Source: Candidatus Hadarchaeales archaeon
GTDB taxonomy: Archaea > Hadarchaeota > Hadarchaeia > Hadarchaeales > Hadarchaeaceae
Direction: 5' to 3'
Length of the DNA stretch: 31,981 nucleotides
Assembly (NCBI GenBank): GCA_038851565.1
Contig: JAWCKV010000005.1
Coordinates: forward strand, 1-31,981
Shown: positions 25,947-31,981 of the stretch, piece after piece
How positions within the stretch are numbered: position 1 is the first letter of the stretch
Layout of the letters: every line of letters begins with the position of its first letter
Notes under the pieces: model-generated
What the model was told of the DNA's origin: nothing
The model's database searches: none
The model's input: the letters and a program-made list of their open reading frames with translations, nothing else
Position numbers and translations under genes: made by a program

Positions 25947-28931
25947 ATGATTCAGCCCGCGGCAAAGGTCTACGACGCGAGGAAGATGGAGCAAGACACA
26001 AGGCAGTGGTGGGAGGCCGCAGGCATTTACCAGAAGGTGAAGGCGCAAAACGCCGATAAAAAGCCCTGGTACTTCCTGGACGGACCACCCTACGCGAGCG
26101 GCTCGATCCACCTGGGGACGGCATGGAACAAGATCATCAAGGACGCCACCCTCAGGTACAAGACGATGAACGGATACAACGTTAGAAGGCAGCCGGGATG
26201 GGACTGCCACGGGCTCCCCATCGAGGTGAAGGTCGAGGAGAGGCTGGGGATAAGGACGAAGAAGGACATCGAGGAGAGGATCGGGGTTGAGAACTTCGTG
26301 ATGAGCTGCAAGAGGTGGGCGATGGAGCACGTCGCGCTGATGACCCAGCAGTTCAAGGAGCTGGGAGTATGGATGGACTGGGACGATCCGTATGTGACCT
26401 TCAGGAACGAATACATGGAGGCAGCGTGGTGGACCCTGAAAAGGGCACATGAGAAAGGGCTTCTGGAGAGAGCCCTGAGGGTAATACACTGGTGCCCGCG
26501 ATGCGAGACCGCGCTCGCGGAGCACGAGGTTCGCGGGGAATATTACGATGTGACGGACCCCTCGCTCTATGCGCGCTTCAGGATCAGGGATCGGCAGAAC
26601 GAATACGTGCTCATCTGGACAACCACTCCCTGGACCCTGCCCGCCAACCTAGCGGTGTGCGTCCACCCGGATTACAACTACGCCAGGGTCCAAGTCGGGG
26701 ATGATGTTTACATATTCGCCGAAGCCATGGTCGAGAGGGTCATGCAGGAGCTTGGAGCCGCGGAATGGAAGGTTCTCGACTTAATCCGGGGAAAGGAGCT
26801 GGAGGGAATTCCGTACGAGCATCCTCTCCTCGATGAGGTACCGGCCCAGAGGGAATACGTTGAACATCACAGGATCATATGCGGAACGCACGTCACCCTG
26901 GAGGAGGGCACAGGATGCGTCCACACCGCCCCCGGCCATGGAGAGGAGGACTTTGAGGTGGGAAGGGAGTACCGCCTCCCGGTATTCAGCCCGGTTGGCC
27001 CCGACGGCAGATTCACCGGAGATGCGGGGAAGTACTCCGGAATGTTCGTGAAGGATGCCGACGCTGCCATAATGGAGGACCTGAGGTCAAAGGGAATCCT
27101 GATGAAGGGGGGAAAGGTACGCCACTCATACCCTCACTGCTGGAGGTGCGGCACCCCCCTCATATTCAGGGCGACCGAACAGTGGTTCCTGAAGGTGAAG
27201 GAGATAAAGCCGAGGATAGTCGAAATCAACAGGCGGGTGGAGTGGTTCCCGGAGTGGGTTGCGACGAGATACGTGAACGGCGTGGAGTCCGTGGGGGACT
27301 GGTGCATATCGAGACAGAGGTACTGGGGCATACCCATCCCCATATGGAGGTGTGAGTCCTGCGGGGAACTAACTGTCATCGGGGACACATCCGAGCTGAG
27401 GACGCTCTCGGCCGAGCCAATCGGTGACCTCGACCTCCATCGTCCGTACGTGGACAGGGTAGTGCTGAAATGCCCTGCCTGCGGCGGAAGATCGCTCAGG
27501 ATTCCAGATGTGCTGGACGTATGGTTTGACTCGGGAATCGCATCCTGGGCGAGCCTTGGATATCCGAGGAAGAAGGAGGAATTTGAGAGGATCTGGCCAA
27601 GCGAGTTCATCACAGAGGGAGAGGACCAGGTGACTAAGTGGTTCTACAGCCAGCAGGTTGTGTCCACGATCTCTTTCGACAATATCCCGTACAAGAAGGT
27701 GCTCATGCACGGATTCGTGCTCGACGAGAGGGGGAGGAAGATGTCGAAATCGCTGGGGAACGTGGTGGAGCCCCACGAGGTGACCGCGAAGTATGGTTCC
27801 GACGTGCTGCGGTTCTACATGCTCTCTGCGAATCCCCCATGGGAGGACCTGAAGTTCAACTGGAAGGAGGCGGAAAATGTGAACAGGATGATGAACGTGC
27901 TGTGGAACGTTCATGTGTTCGCCACTACCTACATGTCGCTGGACTCATTCGAGCCTGAGAAGGTCGACATCAGGCTCATCCAGAAACACATGCAGATTGA
28001 GGACATATGGATGATCTCAAGGATCAACAGCCTCGTGAGGGAGATCACCGAGGCCATGGAGAAGTTCAACCTGCACGTCGCCACGAGGAGCATAATGAGG
28101 TTCGTGCTTGAGGACCTGAGCAGGTGGTACGTGAGGCTGGTGAGGGAGAGGGTGTGGATAGAAAAGGAGGACCCGAGAAAGCTGGCGGCATACGTTACGC
28201 TCTACCAGGCGATGCATGTGCTCACCAGGCTGATAGCGCCCTTCATGCCCCACCTCGCGGAGGTGATTTACAGGGATCTGGTCAAGGCCGCGTCTAAATC
28301 CGCGCCCGAAAGCGTTCACATGCTTCCATGGCCCACGCACGATGCGGAATGCATCAACGAATCCCTGGAGCGCGGGATGGACCGCGTGAGGGGACTGGTT
28401 GAGGCCGCCGCCTCGCTCAGGCAGGCACACGGGCTCAAGCTGAGGTGGCCGGTTGGAAGGATCATAATAAGGCTCGCTGAAAACTCATATCTGGAGGAGA
28501 TCGGGCAGCTCTCCGATATACTCAAGACGCAGCTCAACGTCAAGGAGCTCGAGCTGGTCGGTCCGGAGAAGGGGCTTGAGCCAATCGAGGGCTTCGTCAG
28601 CATGGAAACGCAGTTCGGCACAATTCACATGGACACCAGGATTACCCCCCAGCTAAAAGCCGAGTGCCTCGCCAGGGAGATCGTGAGGAGGCTACAGATA
28701 ATGAGGAAGGAGATGAACCTGGGGATGGAGGAGAAGGTGGACGTTGACCTCGGAGTGACTGACAGGGAATCTATGGGCCTGCTGGCAACCCAGCAGGAAT
28801 ACCTGTCGAGGGAGGTCAGGATAAGAAATCTGAGGATATGCCCCGGGGATCAGGTATCTGGTGAGGGCTACCTTAAAGATTGGAACGTTGACGACATGAG
28901 GTTCAGGCTCCTCGTGAAACGCATCCGGTAA
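25947..28931 (+). CDS. ileS: Isoleucine--tRNA ligase
   Basis: DGPPYASGSIHLGT, GWDCHGLPIE, WTTTPWTLP, GTGCVHTAPGHG, DWCISRQRYWG and KMSKS. Confidence 0.98.
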   Translation: MIQPAAKVYDARKMEQDTRQWWEAAGIYQKVKAQNADKKPWYFLDGPPYASGSIHLGTAWNKIIKDATLRYKTMNGYNVRRQPGWDCHGLPIEVKVEERLGIRTKKDIEERIGVENFVMSCKRWAMEHVALMTQQFKELGVWMDWDDPYVTFRNEYMEAAWWTLKRAHEKGLLERALRVIHWCPRCETALAEHEVRGEYYDVTDPSLYARFRIRDRQNEYVLIWTTTPWTLPANLAVCVHPDYNYARVQVGDDVYIFAEAMVERVMQELGAAEWKVLDLIRGKELEGIPYEHPLLDEVPAQREYVEHHRIICGTHVTLEEGTGCVHTAPGHGEEDFEVGREYRLPVFSPVGPDGRFTGDAGKYSGMFVKDADAAIMEDLRSKGILMKGGKVRHSYPHCWRCGTPLIFRATEQWFLKVKEIKPRIVEINRRVEWFPEWVATRYVNGVESVGDWCISRQRYWGIPIPIWRCESCGELTVIGDTSELRTLSAEPIGDLDLHRPYVDRVVLKCPACGGRSLRIPDVLDVWFDSGIASWASLGYPRKKEEFERIWPSEFITEGEDQVTKWFYSQQVVSTISFDNIPYKKVLMHGFVLDERGRKMSKSLGNVVEPHEVTAKYGSDVLRFYMLSANPPWEDLKFNWKEAENVNRMMNVLWNVHVFATTYMSLDSFEPEKVDIRLIQKHMQIEDIWMISRINSLVREITEAMEKFNLHVATRSIMRFVLEDLSRWYVRLVRERVWIEKEDPRKLAAYVTLYQAMHVLTRLIAPFMPHLAEVIYRDLVKAASKSAPESVHMLPWPTHDAECINESLERGMDRVRGLVEAAASLRQAHGLKLRWPVGRIIIRLAENSYLEEIGQLSDILKTQLNVKELELVGPEKGLEPIEGFVSMETQFGTIHMDTRITPQLKAECLAREIVRRLQIMRKEMNLGMEEKVDVDLGVTDRESMGLLATQQEYLSREVRIRNLRICPGDQVSGEGYLKDWNVDDMRFRLLVKRIR

Positions 28932-28934
28932 CTA

Positions 28935-28946
28935 CTTTTTCTTTTT
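28935..28946 (+). terminator. Oligo-T archaeal terminator candidate after ileS
   Basis: CTTTTTCTTTTT immediately follows the ileS stop codon. Confidence 0.45.
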
Positions 28947-29043
28947 CCTCACGCACTTGGCCATGGGCATCCGATATATGTTCGGCACCCACATAAAAAA
29001 CTTGCAAGTGATTCCATTTTTATCCACCTAGATTGTAGGAGTA

Positions 29044-30327
29044 TTGATTGCCTTGACGCGAACCTCGGAACTGCCTGGCTTCTACAGGCTGACCCCTGAG
29101 GAAAGACTGAGGAAGGTTGCGGAATTCGCGGGCCTGACGGAAGAGGAGATGAACCTGCTCAGAAGGACAGGGGCGCTCGAACTGAACCAAGCGGACAGGA
29201 TGATAGAGAACGTCATAGGCACCACCGAGTTCCCGCTCGGCATAGCCACTAACTTCCTCATCAACGGAAAAGACTACCTCATTCCCATGGTGACCGAGGA
29301 GCCCTCCGTGGTGGCTGCGGCCTCCAACGCTGCCAAGATGGCCAGGGCGAGGGGAGGTTTCAGGGCCGAAAGCACGGATGCCATCATGATAGGGCAGGTG
29401 CAGGTCACCTCGATGGATGATCCCGAGGCTGCTATGAGAGGGCTGCTTGCGGAGAAGGAGAGAATACTGTCCAGGGCAAACGAGAAGGATCCTTTCCTGG
29501 TGAAGCTCGGCGGCGGCGCCAAGGACATCGAGGCCAGGGTGATCGACACCATAAGGGGAAAAATGCTGATCGTTCACCTCCTCGTCGACGTTAAGGACGC
29601 CATGGGGGCTAATGTCGTGAACACCATGTGCGAGGCCGTTGCGCCACTCCTTGAGGAGATAACCGGCGGCAGGGTGTTTCTGAGAATAGTCTCCAACCTG
29701 GCGACAAGGAGGCTGGCCAGGGCAACAGCAACGTTCTCAAGGGAGGCGCTGGGCGGGGGCGAGGTAGCTGAGGGAATAATGGAGGCCTATGCGTTCGCGC
29801 TGGCCGACCCGTACCGATGCGCAACACACAACAAGGGGATAATGAACGGGGTAACGGCGGTTGCCCTTGCCACAGGAAACGACACGAGAGCCATAGAGGC
29901 GGGCGCGCACGCCTACGCCGCCATCGGAGGGGGCTACAGGCCGCTGACCAGCTGGGAGATAGACGAAAACGGAGACCTTGTGGGGAGAATAGAAATTCCG
30001 GTCGCGGTCGGAACGGTGGGAGGGGCGACGGCCGTTCATCCGATAGCCAGGATATGCAGGAAAATACTGGGAGTGAAATCAGCGCGTGAGCTGGGCGAGG
30101 TCATGGCTGCAGTTGGCCTAGCGCAGAACCTTGCCGCGATGAGGGCGCTGGCAACGGAAGGGATTCAGAGGGGACACCTCAGGCTCCACGCGAGAAACCT
30201 GGCAGCCACCGCCGGAGCCAAGGGAGAGATGATAGATGTGATAGCATCGAGGATGGTGGAGGAGGGAAACGTGAGCTACAACAGGGCGCTGGAACTCCTC
30301 AGGGAGCTAGAACATCGCGACCGCTAA
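29044..30327 (+). CDS. HMG-CoA reductase, class II
   Basis: [43 protein letters not shown] and [16 protein letters not shown] start uncertain by a few codons. Confidence 0.95.
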   Translation: MIALTRTSELPGFYRLTPEERLRKVAEFAGLTEEEMNLLRRTGALELNQADRMIENVIGTTEFPLGIATNFLINGKDYLIPMVTEEPSVVAAASNAAKMARARGGFRAESTDAIMIGQVQVTSMDDPEAAMRGLLAEKERILSRANEKDPFLVKLGGGAKDIEARVIDTIRGKMLIVHLLVDVKDAMGANVVNTMCEAVAPLLEEITGGRVFLRIVSNLATRRLARATATFSREALGGGEVAEGIMEAYAFALADPYRCATHNKGIMNGVTAVALATGNDTRAIEAGAHAYAAIGGGYRPLTSWEIDENGDLVGRIEIPVAVGTVGGATAVHPIARICRKILGVKSARELGEVMAAVGLAQNLAAMRALATEGIQRGHLRLHARNLAATAGAKGEMIDVIASRMVEEGNVSYNRALELLRELEHRDR

Positions 30328-30367
30328 CGTTAAAAATCCCCGCGTTTTCTGTAAAAGGAGGACCCGG

Positions 30368-30994
30368 ATGAACAAGAAGATAGCGATATTCGACATAGAA
30401 AGCGTTCTGCTCGATGCGGAGTTTCTCCCGATGCTCGCGGAGAAATTTGGAAAGGGGAAGGAGGTCCATGAGATAACTCTCCAGGGGCTGAGGGGAGAGA
30501 TAAAGTGGGAGGAGGGCCTGAAGCGCAGGATAGGACTCCTGAAAGGGGTGAGCAGGGAGGACGCGAAGAAAGTCGCGGATTCCATGCCATACATGAAAGG
30601 CGCCAGGGAGGTATGCGAGGAGCTGAAGCGCAGGGGATATGTCCTCATAGGCGTGACCGGCGGCTTCACCATATTCTCCGAGAGGGTGAAGGAGGAGCTC
30701 GGCCTTGACTACCTCTTTTCGAACCAGCTCATATTCAACGACGGCGGGCTCCACGGGGTAGCGCCGCTCACGGTTAAAAGCGACAGGGTTGAGGGGCTGG
30801 AGGAGCTGCTCGTCAAACTGGGCGCGAAAAAGGAGAACGTGGTCGCCGTGGTCGACGGGGCCAATGACATGAAGCTGTTCAGGTATGCCGGAACCAGGAT
30901 AGCGTTCAACGCACAGCCGATAGTGAAGGAAGTCGCAAACGTTATAGTAGACGGAAAGGACCTCAGGGAGATAATGAAATACGTTGTCTTCTAG
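30368..30994 (+). CDS. serB: HAD-superfamily phosphoserine phosphatase-like protein (SerB/ThrH-like)
   Basis: Motif I FDIESVL, cap EITLQGLRGEIKWEEGLKRR, motif II TGGF and motif IV VDGAND. Confidence 0.8.
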   Translation: MNKKIAIFDIESVLLDAEFLPMLAEKFGKGKEVHEITLQGLRGEIKWEEGLKRRIGLLKGVSREDAKKVADSMPYMKGAREVCEELKRRGYVLIGVTGGFTIFSERVKEELGLDYLFSNQLIFNDGGLHGVAPLTVKSDRVEGLEELLVKLGAKKENVVAVVDGANDMKLFRYAGTRIAFNAQPIVKEVANVIVDGKDLREIMKYVVF

Positions 30995-31056
30995 TTCGAG
31001 CCCCTCAATGCGTCACGCATAAATGGAAAAAGATAGTAGGTTCTCAGGGGCTGGAC

Positions 31057-31981
31057 TTGGAGTGGGACTTCAACCAGATGGTGGAGCGGATAGTTAGGGA
31101 ATCCGGCATATCAAGAGATGAGGTTCTCAGGAGGATCAATGAAAAACAGGTTGAGCTTGATGGGTTTGTGACGCTCGAGGGCGCCGCGAACATAGTGGCG
31201 AGGGAGCTGGGGATAGTATTTGAATACCCAAAGCCCGAACCCAGAGCCCTAGGGCTCCAGGATCTGGTTCCGGGGATGTCAAGGGTTGATGTGGTTGCCA
31301 GGGTCAAGAGAGTTGTGGAGCCGAGGGAGTTTCAGAGGGCCGACGGATCAAGGAGCTGTGTGGGGAGCGTTATCCTCTACGACGGGACCGCCCAGGTAAG
31401 GCTGACGCTCTGGGGGGAAAAGACATCCGCGCTGCAGGAGATCAAAAAAGGGGATCTGATAAGGATAGTGAACGGATACGTGAGGGAGGGACTTGACGGA
31501 AAGCCCGAGCTAAACCTGGGATCCAGAGGAATCATACAGCTCAACCCGGATGATCCCAGGGCAAGGGAGATCCCGCCGCTTCCCGAAGGACCCATCCCAA
31601 TAGGGGAGATAAGGCCCGAGCTTGCTGAGGTGGACGTGGTCGGCAGGGTCGCGGGTACCAGCGGCCCGCGGAAGTTCGAGCGCGCGGATGGGACCACAGC
31701 GGAGGTCTCCACGGTGTTTCTTCTGGACGGAACAGGACAGGTCAGGGTATCGCTCTGGGGGGAACTCGCCAGGCTCGTGGAGAAGATGAAGAGGGGTGAT
31801 GTGGTCAAAATAGAAAATGCCTCGGTGCGGGAAGGGCTGGGGGGAAAAGTGGAACTGAGCGTGGACTTCCGCGGCCGAGTAATGCTGAACCCCCCTGATG
31901 CCCCTCAGCTGCCACCACTGCCGGAAAAACCGCTGAAGATAGGAGAAATCGAGCCCGACATGCCAAGCGTTGACGTGGTTG
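31057..31981 (+). CDS. rpa: Replication protein A (multi-OB-fold ssDNA-binding protein), 5' part (runs off the window end)
   Basis: Not in the ORF track. From TTG 31057 (or ATG 31078): helical N-terminus (EGAANIVARELGI), then repeated OB folds (REFQRADGS...DGTAQVRLTLWG; RKFERADGT...DGTGQVRVSLWG) and the start of a third repeat. Confidence 0.9.
   Translation, partial: MEWDFNQMVERIVRESGISRDEVLRRINEKQVELDGFVTLEGAANIVARELGIVFEYPKPEPRALGLQDLVPGMSRVDVVARVKRVVEPREFQRADGSRSCVGSVILYDGTAQVRLTLWGEKTSALQEIKKGDLIRIVNGYVREGLDGKPELNLGSRGIIQLNPDDPRAREIPPLPEGPIPIGEIRPELAEVDVVGRVAGTSGPRKFERADGTTAEVSTVFLLDGTGQVRVSLWGELARLVEKMKRGDVVKIENASVREGLGGKVELSVDFRGRVMLNPPDAPQLPPLPEKPLKIGEIEPDMPSVDVV

Noticed and set aside
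25849..26124. N-terminal extension of the BlaI-like ORF
   Set aside because: It overlaps ileS on the opposite strand and the AT-rich promoter region; a GGTGA SD supports the start at 25848.
31240..31981. Repeated sequence blocks near the window end
   Set aside because: They are diverged OB-fold domain repeats within RPA, not a DNA repeat array or CRISPR.

Overview
Gene-dense, GC-rich archaeal chromosomal segment. GatD/GatE, RFC, a multi-OB RPA, an intron-containing tRNA and TATA/GGTGA signals all point to an archaeon; a Euryarchaeota/Hadarchaeota-like lineage is only my inference. Most of the window is housekeeping: gatE (partial), gatD, coaD, proA, proB, a Xaa-Pro peptidase, pdxT, glnA, topA, intein-containing rfcS, ileS, class II HMG-CoA reductase, a SerB/ThrH-like phosphatase and RPA (partial). 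Two accessory blocks stand out. (1) About 7.4-10.75 kb, next to tRNA-Ala(CGC): an AT-richer acr3-arsR cassette with a visible operator, a 57-aa CxxC-x17-CxxC gene missed by the ORF track and preceded by a three-way-junction RNA leader, and an uncharacterised 426-aa membrane-anchored protein. (2) 11.6-18.2 kb: a seven-gene type IV pilus/T2SS-like operon encoding a Cys-capped ATPase with several degenerate catalytic motifs, a large double-domain membrane platform and five pilin-like proteins, one with an Ig-like head. No CRISPR array, transposase or integrase was seen.
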